NCBI GenBank assembly: GCA_964016885.1
Contig: OZ024763.1
Location: 4,402,001 to 4,466,000, forward strand
DNA from: Eledone cirrhosa
Taxonomy: Eukaryota
Direction: 5' to 3'
Length of the DNA: 64,000 bases
The position numbers and the translations under genes were made by a program. Shown piece after piece: positions 12,560-26,841 of the stretch. Numbering within the stretch: the stretch's first letter is position 1; each line of letters opens with the position of its first letter. Below the pieces are notes generated by a model. That model did no database searches. It was not told the DNA's origin and was given only the letters and a program-made list of their open reading frames with translations.

Positions 12560-12990
12560 GGTGGCAAGGTTGTAAAAGAAAAGAAATTGTCATCTCTTGA
12601 ATTGCAAAAATGTTTTACAAATTTTGAAGATGCCAGATATCGCAGCCATTTGTAGTCTATGAATTAGGGAGCTGCGCTCTTTGTCCACATATCCAAGTTC
12701 AGTTATACTTTAGTTCAAGCGGGTTGGTATATAACCTGTGGCTCCAATAATGATGGGTATGAAGCTGGAGGTGTATCTTGGATACTGGATCTGTAAACTC
12801 CTCATCAATGATCCGTAGATGTCCTCCTTCTCCTGTATCTTTCTTACAACGTTGACATCAAGTGGGCAGCTGATCTCTACAACAGAACACGTTTTCAATG
12901 TGTGGTCCCAAATAACAATATCAGGCCGGTTGTACTTTAATTTGGTGGCAGTTTTTATTTTCAGGTTCCACCAGTATTCTTTAGAGCCAT
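12560..12990 (-). mobile_element. Restriction-like endonuclease C-terminus of an R4/Dong-type non-LTR element
   Basis: YWWNLKIKT..KYNRPDIVIWD...VVEISCPLD.NV..K..EK.D.Y...IPIIIGATG, a PD-(D/E)xK-type RLE motif. Confidence 0.8.
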
Positions 12991-13557
12991 CCATCTCTCT
13001 CTCTACTCTTTCTCCCTGTTCTTACCCCCTCTCTATCATACCGTGTCTCTTCCCCCTCCTCTTGCGAAGGCGGACAAGAAGAGGAAGAAGAAGAAACCCT
13101 AACAACTAAACAAACTAATCGGAAATCCATCTGATCCATGAAATGGTCGTTAATATCTTTGGTTTCCAATTGGTATAATCCGGGATTAACCGGATTATAG
13201 AGTAAATATGTACCAAACCCCTTCCCGTCAATCATTCAGCCATAATGAGCGTCATTTTACCGAATGAACCATAGCAATCTCCCCCCTCTCACGTGCTTGG
13301 CCATTTTTTTTTATTGTTTGATATTATCGCAAGCGACATGTGCAGCGTGAGGCCTTTTTAATTCTTTATTTTTAGTCTTTTTCTTTTTTCCCGTTGTTGT
13401 ATGGGGCGGGCTGAGAGGGGTTGGTGAAAGGAAAGACAAGAGTCTTGGGTGGAATCGCAGGATGAATGAAAGAAAGAAAAAAAATAGAATTGATTAAAAA
13501 AAAAAACAGGAAAGAACAAAAAATAGAAAAGAATGAAGGAAAGAGAGAATGAAAGCT

Positions 13558-13593
<36 letters not shown>

Positions 13594-14215
13594 AGTGTGA
13601 GAGTGAGAGAGATTGAGTGAAAGAAAGAGAGAGATAGCGAGATTGAGAGAAAGAAAGAGGGAAAGAGATAGAGAGAGATTGAGAGAAAGAAAGAGATAGA
13701 GAGAGAGAGAGAGAGAGAAGCGGAAAATGAAGGATTGTATTTTAATCTATGAGTAACTTTGGAGAAGAAAACAATTATTTAGAGGAAGAGATATAGGGTT
13801 AGAAGCCAGGACGTTGTGAATGGAAACTGATCTTCTTATTGTAACTACATGGCTGACATGGCAAATGTACTGGGTGTATATGTGTGTGTTCTCTAGTAGT
13901 TAGGATGTTCGGCTTACCACCATGTGGTCCACAGTTCGATTCCCGGCAACAAGTACATGGGTTGTACATATACTTCAAAGGGTCAGCTTTGTCACACATT
14001 GTCAGACTGAATCTCCCTGAGAACTACATTGATGGTTCACATGTCTGTGGAATGCTCAGCCACTAACCTGTTAATTTCATGAGCAGGCAGTTTCGTTGAT
14101 TGAATCATCTGAAAGACACGTCAATGGAGCTGACGGATGCCCAACGTACTGGCAGTTTTAGACAGCTACAGACGTTATATAAACTCAACAAGGAATTACG
14201 ACTACCTATAACACA

Positions 14216-14515
14216 CACTAGTCACTCCAGGTAGAGCCGCTACTTCTCCGAATTGAGAGTTCACAACTCCGATATTAAGAGCATGTGGTTAGAAGGCCTC
14301 AGTAAAGAATCGCTGGACACATTTTAAGGCAAAACCAACCGGCAAGAGACCCAGAGGTAGACACTGAGTAAGATAGTTGGATAACATCCATGAGCTTGGC
14401 TAGTCACGCTTTGGGATCAGTTAGAGATGTTTGCTACTGACAGACTCACTGGAAGGAGTGTTTGGGAAGGACTCTGCCCCCACGATCCTCTCAGAAATAA
14501 GTGGGCGAAGAAGAA
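14216..14515 (+). mobile_element. RTE-type LINE 3' fragment (different family)
   Basis: SLQVEPLLLRIESSQLR..HVVR...PTGKRPRGR; a short inverted copy lies at about 35900-35955. Confidence 0.7.
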
Positions 14516-14653
14516 GATATTGTCAATATAAATAATAGTTGAGAGAATTGGGTAAATTACCTTAGAGACAGTTAAACGTGGACCAAGGCGTCTACGAGGA
14601 ATCGAACCTCGTATTTTTCGAATATTGTGAGGGTGTGTTATTATTACGCTTAT

Positions 14654-14850
14654 CCAGGGCGGTGGATTGGCAGTATCGGTAGAGGGTCGGACGCCATGCT
14701 TTGACGCATAGTTACGGCCCTTGCCATTCTGAGTTCAAATCCCGCCGAGGTTAACTTTGCCTTTCATCCTTATGGGGTCGATAAAATAAAGTACCAGTAA
14801 TACACTGGGTAATTGCTGGCCTTGTGCCCCCAAAAGTAGAAACAATTATT
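14654..14850 (+). mobile_element. tRNA-derived SINE family A (Meta/MESC-like core), full length with TSD
   Basis: A box TGGCAGTATCGG, B box GAGTTCAAATCC, core GCCTTTCATCCTTAYGGGGTCGATAAAATAAAGTACCAG; 14-bp TSD ATTATTACGCTTAT at 14640 and 14845. Confidence 0.9.
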
Positions 14851-15061
14851 ACGCTTATAGACGACTGGCACTTGCTCCCCACTTTCTTTAGGTTGCGGTG
14901 CTATGCAGGTGAAGGCGCACCAGAAAGATTATCATATCTTTGACACAGCTAGATTAATTATGGGGCGTATAACCATTGAGAGGAAGTAGGAGATCCTGTA
15001 GATGTTAGCGATATTGGCTCCGCATACAGGTCTTGTAGGTGGGTCCTGTCGTCGGGTCGTC

Positions 15062-15395
15062 ACATGGCTTAGTGGTTAGAGCATTGGCCTTGCAATCGAA
15101 AGGTTGGGAGTTCAATTCTCAGACCGGGTGATGTGTTGTTTCCTTGGGCAAGACACTTTATTTCACATTGCTCCAGTTTACTCAGCTGTAGAAATGAGAT
15201 GATAGGGACTGGGGTCCCTATCATTCCACTGTAAAGTGGTCGTGGAGGTGCCACGGCAAAAAAAGCACCCAGCACTCACTGTAAATGAGGTTGGTGTTAG
15301 GAAGGGCATCCAGCTGTAGAAATCAAGCCAGAATCAGTTCCTGTCCCACCCTTGCAAGCAGGGAAAAGTGGACGTAAAATGAAAATGATGATGAT
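15062..15395 (+). mobile_element. tRNA-derived SINE family B (V/CORE-like middle) with (GAT)n tail
   Basis: TGGCTTAGTGGTTAGAGC A box, GAGTTCAATTCTC B box, TCCTTGGGCAAGACACTT...CTCAGCTGTA, 3' GGTTGGTGTTAGGAAGGGCATCCAGC...GGACGT-(GAT)n. Confidence 0.85.
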
Positions 15396-15404
15396 AGATA
15401 TATG

Positions 15405-15446
<42 letters not shown>

Positions 15447-15517
15447 TATATGTATATATATCTATATAGATATATGCATTACCTATATATTATATGGATT
15501 ACCTAACGATAATTTTT

Positions 15518-15550
<33 letters not shown>

Positions 15551-15977
15551 GATAACAAATTATCGTTATAGGTAATCCAGTTAGAGGTTGTGAGTACTCT
15601 GTACTATGGATAGTTTTAACATACGGCGTTGTTTGACTCAACAAGAGGTTTCCATAGTTAGGTGGCGAGTTCCCGGGAATTCCTACGCAGGTTATTCTTG
15701 GAGTAATAACAGTGAAAGAGTGAAGAATAACATAGTCAACAGTACAAAAAGGGTTTTATTTACAGTCTGATGATTTTATTTGGCATGCATGTATTTAAAA
15801 TTGAGTGCCACAACTTCAAGTGATTAGCAAGTTTTAGACACCCTAATGCTGTTTCCGCTTTGCAACTACCAAACTTTCAAACAGGTGAAAATATATAGTT
15901 TCTTCATCTGTAAAAGAGGTGATTAATCTTATTTGCATAAGTTGTAAAAGTTCGCTCAATTTAAATTCTATTTCTCA

Positions 15978-16551
15978 TACATACCTACCTACATACATAC
16001 ATACATACATACATACATACATACATACATACGTACGTACGTACGTACGTACGTACGTACATACATACGTATATAACTACATACATACTTACAAACACAC
16101 ATGCATGCATACACCCATACGAAAATATACATACATGCACACATACATACATGCACACATACATACATGCACACATACATACATGCACACATACATACAC
16201 GCACACATACATACATGCACACATACATACATGCACACATACATACACGCACACATACATACACGCACACATACACACACACACACACACATACATACAC
16301 ACACACATACATACACACACACATTCATACATGCATACATACGTATATACATACATATATATATATACATACTTACATACACACCTACCTACATACTTAC
16401 ACACATATACACACATACTTACATACATACATACATACATATACACAAACATACATACATATACACATACATACACACACAGATACATACATACACACAT
16501 ACACAAACACATACATACATACACACACACACATACATACCTACATACATG

Positions 16552-16609
<58 letters not shown>

Positions 16610-16650
16610 CACACACCTACATATCTACATAATACATACACACCTACCTA

Positions 16651-16696
<46 letters not shown>

Positions 16697-18940
16697 CAGA
16701 GAAAGAAACTAGACAGATTTATTCGACACGATTGTTTGCTGTCCTTACTGAAACAACAACAAGAATAACATCGACGACAACAACAACAGCACAACTAACT
16801 GAAATAACAACAACAACAGTAACAACAACAACGACAACAGCAAGAACAACAACAATAACAACGACAACAGTAACAACAACAACAACAACAGTAACAACAA
16901 CACAACTGGAATAACAACAACAGTAACAACAACGACGACTACAGTAACAACAACACAACTAAAAATAACAACAGCAAGAATGACAGCAACACAACTAACA
17001 ACAATGACAACAGCAACAAACTGTAACAACAACAACACAACTAACAACAACACAACTAACAACAGCAACTAAGTGTAACAACACAACTAACAACAACACA
17101 ACTAACAACAACACAACTAACAACAACAACACAACTAACAACAACACAACTAACAACAACACAACTAACAACAACACAACTAACAACAGCAACTAAGTGT
17201 AACAACACAACTAACAACAACACAACTAACAACAACACAACTAACAACAACAACAACTAAGTGTAACAACAATACAACTAACAATAACAACAACAGCAAC
17301 TAAGTGTAACAACAACAACAACACAACTAACAACAACAACAACTAAGTGTAACAACAATACAACTAACAATAACAACAACAACAGCAACTAAGTGTAACA
17401 ACAACAACACAACTAACAACAACACAACAAACAACACTAATCAGATAGATTACATGAAATGTAGAAGTCTGTCCTATTAAGTAACCCCTCCCCCTACAAT
17501 GAAGTCCAGACTGGAAGAAATGTCTAATGGTATCCAATGGATCTCTCTACAACAACAACAACAACGACACAATCAATAACGCCATTAACAACTACATATT
17601 CATTCATACATACACATACATACATTCACACACACATATACACATACATACATTCACACACACATATACACATACATACATTCACACAGACATATACACA
17701 TACATACATTCACACAGACATATACACATACATACATTCACACACACATATACACATACATACATTCACACAGACATATACACATACATACATTCACACA
17801 GACATATACACATACATACATTCACACACGCATATACACTTACATACATTCACACAGACATATACACATACATACATTCACACACACATATACACATACA
17901 TACATTCACACACGCATATACACTTACATACGTACACATACATACATTCACACATACATACATACATACATTCACACATACACATTCACACACATACATT
18001 CACACATACATACGTTCACACATACATACATTCACACATACACATTCACACACATACATTCACACATACATACGTTCACACATACATACATTCACACATA
18101 CACATTCACACATACATACGTACACATACATACATTCACACAGACATATACACATACATACATTCACACGCACATATACACATACATACATTCACACACG
18201 CATATACACTTACATACGTACACATACATACATTCACACATACATACGTTCACACATACATACATTCACACATACACATTCACACACGTACATTCACACA
18301 TACATACGTTCACACATACATACATTCACACATACACATTCACACACACATACGTACACATTCATACATTCACACATATACACATACATACGTACATACA
18401 CATACAACCATCACAACAAACACAATAACAACTACAACAATAGCAATAACAACATCTAACACAAAGGCATAACAGCAACAATTAATACAACTACACACCA
18501 CCAACACCATCATCACCACCACTACAAGTAACATCATCACCGCCAACACCACCAACAACAACATCGCCACCACCACTACCAACAACTACCCTACTACCAC
18601 TACTACCCCCGCCCCAACAACATTCCCCAACAACATACCCCCACCATCAACCCCAACACCACCACCACCACCAACATCAACACCCCCACCATCATCCCCA
18701 CCAACAACATCACCCGACTCCCCCCCCACCAACATCAACACCCCACCATCATCCCCACCAACAACATCACCCGACTCCACCACCACCAACAACATCACCC
18801 GCCCCCCACCACCACCAACACCCCCACCACCAACAACAACACCCGCCCCCACCACCAACATCAACACCCCCACCATCATCCCCACCAACAACAACATCAC
18901 CCACCCCGCCACCATCACCAACAGCAGCAGCAGCAACAAC
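15978..18940. repeat. Compound microsatellite region: (TACA)n, (ACA)n, (CACAT)n, (CCA)n
   Basis: Direct inspection. Confidence 0.9.
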
Positions 18941-18959
18941 ACTAGATCAACAATACTTC

Positions 18960-19112
18960 GATGCTTTCCAGCATAGTTACGTCCCTTAACGATCTGAGTT
19001 CAAATCCCGCCGAAGTTGACTTTGCCTTTCATCCTTACGGGGTCGATAAAATAAAGTACCAGTAATGCACTGGTTAATTGCTGGCCTTGTGCCTAAAGTA
19101 GAAACAATTATT
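18960..19112 (+). mobile_element. SINE family A copy (5' truncated)
   Basis: B box, core and tail as in 14654. Confidence 0.85.
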
Positions 19113-19198
19113 AATATACGTCTGGATCGGTCATCAGACAGACTGTTAGAAACCTTTGGTAATGGAGTAGTTATAATTTGTGTTGTTCACTTTCTAAT

Positions 19199-19267
<69 letters not shown>

Positions 19268-19269
<2 letters not shown>

Positions 19270-19420
19270 ACACACTAGAAGAGGAAGACCAAGGTTAACA
19301 TATGTTGATGCCCTAAGGACAGACACTGGTCTGTTGGAGATGCAGGATATGGCAGCGATACTGAGGGACAGAGACCGCTGGAGAGAACTCGTCCATGGAT
19401 CTCGGGAATTTTACCCGCCT
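19268..19420 (+). mobile_element. Short RTE-type LINE 3' fragment inserted in (TA)n
   Basis: GHTRRGRPRLTYVDALRTDTGL...ILRDRDRWREL. Confidence 0.65.
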
Positions 19421-19421
19421 T

Positions 19422-19452
<31 letters not shown>

Positions 19453-19458
<6 letters not shown>

Positions 19459-19823
19459 AACAAAAGATGGTTAAATGAGTTCCATGTATTTTATTATGCG
19501 CATTTCAAAAACAAATATCATCATGCAATAACATTTGTGTTTTCATCAGATAAAATAGGAGGACATGATATGAAGGTTAAAAAACACTTGTGGATAGTGC
19601 AGTGTTTTTTAACCTTCATATCATGTCCTCCTATTTTATCTGATGAAAACAAATGTTATTGCATGATGATATTTGTTTTTGAAATGCGCATAGTAAAATA
19701 CATGGAACTCATTTAACCATCTTTTGATCTTATATATTATGTATACTCCAGTCCTACAAACTGTAGAGTGCTTCTTATCCGATATCTGCATTGCTTTATT
19801 GTACTACAATAAAACTCACCTCC

Positions 19824-19826
<3 letters not shown>
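19453..19826 (+). mobile_element. Second fold-back copy of the 5414 family
   Basis: About 135-bp arms, 12-nt spacer (19589-19600), same tail ending AAAACTCACCTCCTAC-(AT)n. Confidence 0.85.
19634..19698 (+). ncRNA. Type-I hammerhead ribozyme motif, same family as 5643
   Basis: TTTTAT-CTGATGA-stem II-GAAA-TGCGCA-TA-GTAAAA; differences from 5643 keep the pairing. Confidence 0.85.
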
Positions 19827-19888
<62 letters not shown>

Positions 19889-20199
19889 ACGTACATACAT
19901 ATATGTATACAGACGTACAGTAGTATGTATATAATTGCTGGCCTTGTGCCAAAAGTAGAAACAATTATATAGATTACATGAAATCATAGAAAGCTGTCTT
20001 AAATTTTTCTACGCCTTATATTAAGAGTAATTCTAAGGAGACACAGTTTGGATTAGAAAATTATTTAATGTAATCCGACGGAGTTTTCTATTACTGATAA
20101 CAACGAAAGCTACCCCGCCAGAGAGGGACTAACAGAAATAAACAGCTATGATGGCGACAGTTAAAACAATGGTGACACCACTACAACCCTAACCCTGAC

Positions 20200-21840
20200 A
20201 CTATCACCATCAACCAGTAATACCATCCCCCACCATCAACAACGCAACCACCACAGCCATCACTATAACTAACACCACCACCACCACCAACACCATCACC
20301 ATCACCATCACCAACAACAGTAACACACACCATCAACAGCACAACCACCACGGTCATCACTATAACGAACACCACCACCACCACCACCACCACCAACACC
20401 ACCACCACCATCACCATCACCAACAACAGTAACACACACCATCAACAGCACAACCACCACGGTCATCACTATAACTAACACCACCAACACCACCACCACC
20501 ACCACCACCAACACCACCACCACCATCACCATCACCAACAACAGTAACACACACCATCAACAGCACAACCACCACGGTCATCACTATAACTAACACCACC
20601 AACACCACCACCACCACCACCACCACCACCACCACCACCACCACCACCACCACCATCACCAACAACAGTAACACACACACCATCAACAGCACAACCACCA
20701 CTGTCATCACTATAACTAACAACACCACCACCACCACCACAGCCACAACTACCACCACTACCACCATCCAGCCAGCCAGCCAACCACCCAACAACCCAAC
20801 CAACAATTCAGCCACCAGCTAATCAACAAAAGCCGCCACAGAAAATAGAAAATGTACAAAGCAAGATGTCTGCCGTTTTCAATAAAATATCGCCACATCG
20901 CTGCAGTTGTGGATACTTTCAGTCACCATCTTGTGATGTCGGCCAAAGCAATTTACTTTTGTTTGACTTTTATTTTTCACTTTTTTTTCATTTGATATTT
21001 TTTGTTAGTTTATCATTTTATTTCTTATTCTTTTTTTTTAATTTGATGTATTTCTTCTTCTTCTTCTTCTTCTTCTTCTTCTTCTTCTTCTTCTTCTTCT
21101 TCTTCTTCTTTTTTTCTTCTTTTTTTTCTTCTTCTTTTTCTTCTTTTTCTTCTTCTTCTTCTTCTTCTTCTTCTTCTTCTTCTTCTTCTTCTTCTTCTTC
21201 TTCTTCTTCTTCTTCTTCTTCTTCTTTCTTCTTTTTTCTTTTTTCTTTTTTTCTTTTTCTTTTTCTTTTTCTTTTTCTTTCCAATGAAATATGAGAACGG
21301 ATGAGAGAAATTCATCTTTTAATAAAGCTGAATGATATATGGTGGTGGTGGTAATGTTGGTTGTTGGAGGTGGTGGTCGTGATAGTGGTAGATGGTGTTG
21401 ATTATAGTGGTGGGGTAGTAATGGTGGTGTTGGTTGTAGTGGGGAGTGGGGTGGTGGTGATGTTGGTTGTAGTGGTGTGGTGGGGCAGTGTTGATTATAG
21501 AGGTGGGGTGGTGATGTTGGTTGTGGGGCTGTTGTTGGAGACGGTGTTGGGGTTGATTATAGTGATGGATGGGGTGGTGATGGTGGTGGAGGTAATGGTG
21601 GCAGTTGTGATGGTGGTGAAGGTGATGGTGGTGGTGGTGATGGTGGTGAAGGTAATGGTGGCAGTTGTGATGGTGGTGGTGGTGGTGATTTCTAATTATC
21701 CTTCCTTCAGCGGTTTCTCGTTATTTATGTGTTTAAACCAAATTATCTCTGGTGGTGGTGGTGGTGGTGGTGGTGGTGGTGGTCGTTTTGGCGACGGTGG
21801 TAGCGGCGGTGGTAGCAGCGGTGGTAGCGGTGGTGGTGCC
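20200..21840. repeat. (CCA)n-derived repeats, (CTT)n tract (21050-21280) and (GGT)n-rich tract
   Basis: Direct inspection. Confidence 0.9.
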
Positions 21841-22655
21841 AAACAAAACTAAAGACGTTTAATGGGAGTTGAAAGTCAATCTCTTAAACTGCAAAACAAA
21901 GAAAACGAAATTGACGTGTCAGACAGTAATCTTCGTCAACATAGGTAAAAGAAGAATAAAAATAGACATGAAAGGAAAAGGAAATAACGGCATGTTGTTA
22001 TGGATGAGGCATGATGTGTAGCATATTAAATGACATATACGACCTACTGGAATATAAGACTACCCACACCCATTTCAGCGGGAAATATTGAGAAAATTTA
22101 TTTTTGTTTTTGTAATTACGAGTAACTTACCAGGATAGAGTGATTTACGGTATTCGTCTCGGTTCGCTGAGTTCAACTCCCCCCGAGGTTAACTTTGCCT
22201 TTCATGCTTTCCAGGTCGATAAAAAAAGTACCAGTCAAATACTGAGGTCGATTCTTCTTCTTTATCTCTTTCTCTATTCTTGTCTGGAAGAAATCTGCAG
22301 CAGTATTCAGACCCGGAGAGGAGACGGGCTCCGCCAGGATTGAAGAGGAAATACCCACGAAATGCCGTATGTCAATATGGCGTCCCTACGTCTCTATCAG
22401 GAGTTACGGGGCCATATCATGCATTTACCAGGATGTATCGAATGTTATTAAAACATGTATATGTACTTGGCATATCAAACAGATGATGTATCTTGAGCCG
22501 ATTTTGATTTAAAAAAAGCTGGGTCTTGTACGATAATTCCAGAGAAGTGAGAGTAAGGGATGAGAGTAAGGGATAGTGGTTTTTGACAGCGAGCGTGGTG
22601 GGAGGAGGGGGCAAATGTCCAACTTGTGCTGAATACTATATATATATATATATAT

Positions 22656-23110
22656 GGAAAGTTATATTTAAAATTGTTGGGTTACAACTAGTAAATATTT
22701 ATAACTGGTATAAAAGCACTCGACAAATATTTGGAGTATATTTACAATATTAAATAAATGGAAAACTATATTTATAAAACCATATTTATTTCATTATATA
22801 TATTTCGGGGATATCATATTAACAATATGCTATGCCTTCATCAGACAAAATACAATATAAACAGTTTTATAGATAAATAGGTTCGACATACCGTTATAAC
22901 ACCGACTTCATTTGAAGAGGTTTACGCTGGCTGTCAGCGTAAACCTCTTCAAATGAAGTCGGTGTTATAACGGTATGTCGAACCTATTTATCTATAAAAC
23001 TGTTTATATTGTATTTTGTCTGATGAAGGCATAGCATATTGTTAATATGATATCCCCGAAATATATATAATGAAATAAATATGGTTTTATAAATATAGTT
23101 TTCCATTTAT

Positions 23111-23118
<8 letters not shown>
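22656..23118 (-). mobile_element. Fold-back Penelope-like mini-element in (TA)n
   Basis: 184-bp arms 22746-22929 and 22935-23118, 5-nt spacer, one-sided tail 22656-22745. Confidence 0.85.
23012..23077 (+). ncRNA. Type-I hammerhead ribozyme motif (mirror copy on minus strand at 22787-22852)
   Basis: TATTTTGT-CTGATGA-aGGcATAgCATATT gtt AATATGaTATcCCc-GAAA-TATATA-TA-ATGAAATA. Confidence 0.85.
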
Positions 23119-23143
<25 letters not shown>

Positions 23144-23217
23144 GGAAACATATGACCCCCGACGGCAGAGCTCAAGCCGTTTCGACGGCTATTTCTGGTT
23201 CCTTACCACAATTCCTT

Positions 23218-23305
<88 letters not shown>

Positions 23306-23315
23306 TGTGTGTGTG

Positions 23316-23364
<49 letters not shown>

Positions 23365-23373
23365 TACATAGAT

Positions 23374-23427
<54 letters not shown>

Positions 23428-23838
23428 AAGAAAAAAAAGAGCGATATAGATATATAGAGAGGGGGATATGACTAACTATTTCCGTATCAATCAACGATGT
23501 TTCCCCGCCATTGTCATCTGTTAGATAAACTAAAACTGATTGGAGGAGATATAATCCACACTAAATCGAAACCCAATAAACAATAGTCATACCTAAAACA
23601 GAAAATCCATGAACAACGTATAATTATGACATCATAATCGATTTTGTAATCTGATCGAACTCTCATGGGTCCAATTGAGGTCCATGGAGACCGTCAAGTT
23701 ATCAATAAAAACGAAATTGCTTGTTATCTGTCGTTAGTATTGCCACGGCTGCTTCTATCGATTAACCGAATATAGTGGGAATACTCACTGCTTGTAGCCA
23801 AGGATTATGTGAATAAATAAATACACGAACGCGCGCCA

Positions 23839-23910
<72 letters not shown>

Positions 23911-24194
23911 GTATACACTTATATATGTGTTATAATTATATATATGTATATATGTACACACACACACACATATACACATACATGTGAGTGTATGTGTGTA
24001 TATATATATATATACACACATATATACATGTGTGTGTGTGTGTGTGTGTATATATATACACACACACACATACATGTGAGTGTATGTGTGTGTGTGTGTG
24101 TATATATATACACACATACATATATATACACACACATACAAGTGAGTGTGTGTGTGTGTGTACACACACACACGCACACATACACGCACGCGCG

Positions 24195-24332
<138 letters not shown>

Positions 24333-25439
24333 TGGCAATGATGACAGCGACGATGATTATGGTGGTGACGAGATAGAGAAAGTAATAATTGGAATGTAAT
24401 TTTAATAAATTAGATGGAGCGATAGCTGATGATGATGATGATGCTATATATATGACAAAGAGAAGAGACAGATTTATACGACTAATGAGTGCAGTCTTTG
24501 CAACAAGAATAACGACTTTAGCAACAGCATTGATATTCATTTCCAATTAAAATTAACTGGTGACGTCACAACAGACAGTAAACGCCCTCTATTCTACTTC
24601 GTCTCACGTGACCCTATGGTCACCTACTACTGTTGATGGAGGCTAGCCATATTTAGTCAGCCAGCTCGCCACAGACAAGACTTGTTACGGCAATATTTCT
24701 TTACTCCCTTGCATTCTCTTCATACACAACATTTACCTTGTTCTTCTCTGTACACCATACACGGCACAATATGTTTCTCACCAATGCAATTTCACTTAAA
24801 AACATTACTAAATCTGTTGCAGAAAAAATAGTTTTTGTGAACACTGTAAAATCTAATATAATCTTAACAGGGTTTCGTTGTATTCCATGGTTAAAATAAA
24901 CATGTAATTAACAGTTTGTTTCTTCGTCTGTCCCTATTCTCTTAAATGCCATTGCTTTAAGGGAAATCGTTTTCCTCACTTGAGCTACACAGTGACATCG
25001 AGTATCAATCGATCAATGGAACATGTCTGTTAAAATAGAAATGATTTAAAATACAATGAGATATGATGATGATGATGATGATGATTATAAAGACGTCTAA
25101 AAAAAAATGATGGTAGTGACCCTGACGATAATGACAACGAAGGCGATAATGACGACGGTGATGATGATGGCGATGATGACGATGAGGGCGATATTGATGG
25201 TAGTGGTGATGATAATAATAACGACGACGGAGAGAGAGAGAGAGAGAGAGTGCGTGTCTAATATAAAATGAATTTGAAAGATGGCTAAAGTGTTAGAAAC
25301 CGGAAATTGCCTAAAATTATAACTACATCATTTAAAAGGTTAGATTCACAACCGGAAACAGTACTGGAAGTTGCTTCAAGATGGTTTCATTTTAAATTGC
25401 AGAGTTGCATCAAATTCCTATATTGATGTAACAGTAATA

Positions 25440-26718
25440 GTTGATGGTGGTGGTGGTGGTGGTGTTGTGATGGTGGTGGTGGTGGTGTTGTGATGGTGGT
25501 GTAGTGGTGTTGTGGTGGTGGTGTTGTGATGGTGGTGTTGTGATGGTGGTGTAGTGGTGTTGTGGTGGTGGTGTAGTGGTGTTGTGATGGTGGTGTAGTG
25601 GTGTTGAGATGGTGGTGTAGTGGTGTTGTGGTGGTGGTGTAGTGGTGTTGTGGTGGTGGTGTTGTGATGGTGGTGGTGGTGGTGTAGTGGTGTGGTGGTG
25701 TAACAGTATCAACAGTAATAGTAGGTGGCGGTGGTGGTGGTGGTGTTGTGATGGTGGTGTAGTGGTGTTGTGATGGTGGTGTAGTGGTGTTGTGATGGTG
25801 GTGTAGTGGTGTTGTGATGGTGGTGTAGTGGTGTTGAGATGGTGGTGTAGTGGTGTTGTGATGGTGGTGTTGTGGTGTTGTGGTGGTGGTGTAGTGGTGT
25901 TGTGGTGGTGGTGTTGTGATGGTGGTGGTGTTGTGATGGTGGTGTAGTGGTGTTGTGATGGTGGTGTAGTGGTGTTGTGATGGTGGTGTAGTGGTGTTGA
26001 GATGGTGGTGTAGTGGTGTTGTGGTGGTGGTGTAGTGGTGTTGTGGTGGTGGTGTAGTGGTGTTGTGGTGGTGGTGTTGTGATGGTGGTGGTGTTGTGAT
26101 GGTGGTGTAGTGGTGTTGTGATGGTGGTGTAGTGGTGTTGTGATGGTGGTGTAGTGGTGTTGAGATGGTGGTGTAGTGGTGTTGTGGTGGTGGTGTAGTG
26201 GTGTTGTGGTGGTGGTGTTGTGATGGTGGTGGTGGTGGTGTAGTGGTGTGGTGGTGTAACAGTATCAACAGTAATAGTTGGTGGTGGTGGTGGTGGTGGT
26301 GTTGTGATGGTGGTGTAGTGGTGTTGAGATGGTGGTGTAGTGGTGTTGTGGTGGTGGTGTAGTGGTGTTGTGGTGGTGGTGTTGTGGTGGTGGTGGTGTA
26401 GTGGTGTGGTGGTGTAACAGTATCAACAGTAATAGTAGGTGGCGGTGGTGGTGGTGGTTGTGGTGGTGTAGTGGTGGTGTACCAGTAGCAACAGTAATAG
26501 TAGGTGGTGGGGGTGTTGTGGTGGTGGGGCGGTGGTGGTGGTGGTGGTGTAGCAACAGTAATAGTAGGTGGTGGTGGTGGTGGTGTAGTGGTCGTGTAGT
26601 TGTGGTGTAGCAGTAGTAATAGTAGGTGGTGGTGGTGTAGTGGTCGTGTAGTTGTGGTGTAGTGGTGGTGTAGTAGTGGTGTTAGTAGTAATGGTGGTGT
26701 TGTTGGTGTAGTGGTGTG
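25440..26718. repeat. (GGT/GTA/GTT)-derived G/T-rich minisatellite
   Basis: Repeating GATGGTGGTGTAGTGGTGTTGT units. Confidence 0.92.
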
Positions 26719-26841
26719 ATATTAGACCAACTAGAAATACCTTTTGGATAAGTATACATTTCAATTTGTCTAATCTTCGATCACGTTTAGTCCGGTCTGA
26801 TACCATTGTACATATTTTTAATGATAATGTGTTGATGATAA

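Noticed and set aside
15062-15135. tRNA gene
   Set aside because: A and B boxes present but no acceptor stem, and it continues into a SINE body; same for the other SINE heads
24560-24569. Palindromic CRE site GTGACGTCAC
   Set aside because: A single 8-10-mer is expected by chance in 64 kb; no linked promoter evidence
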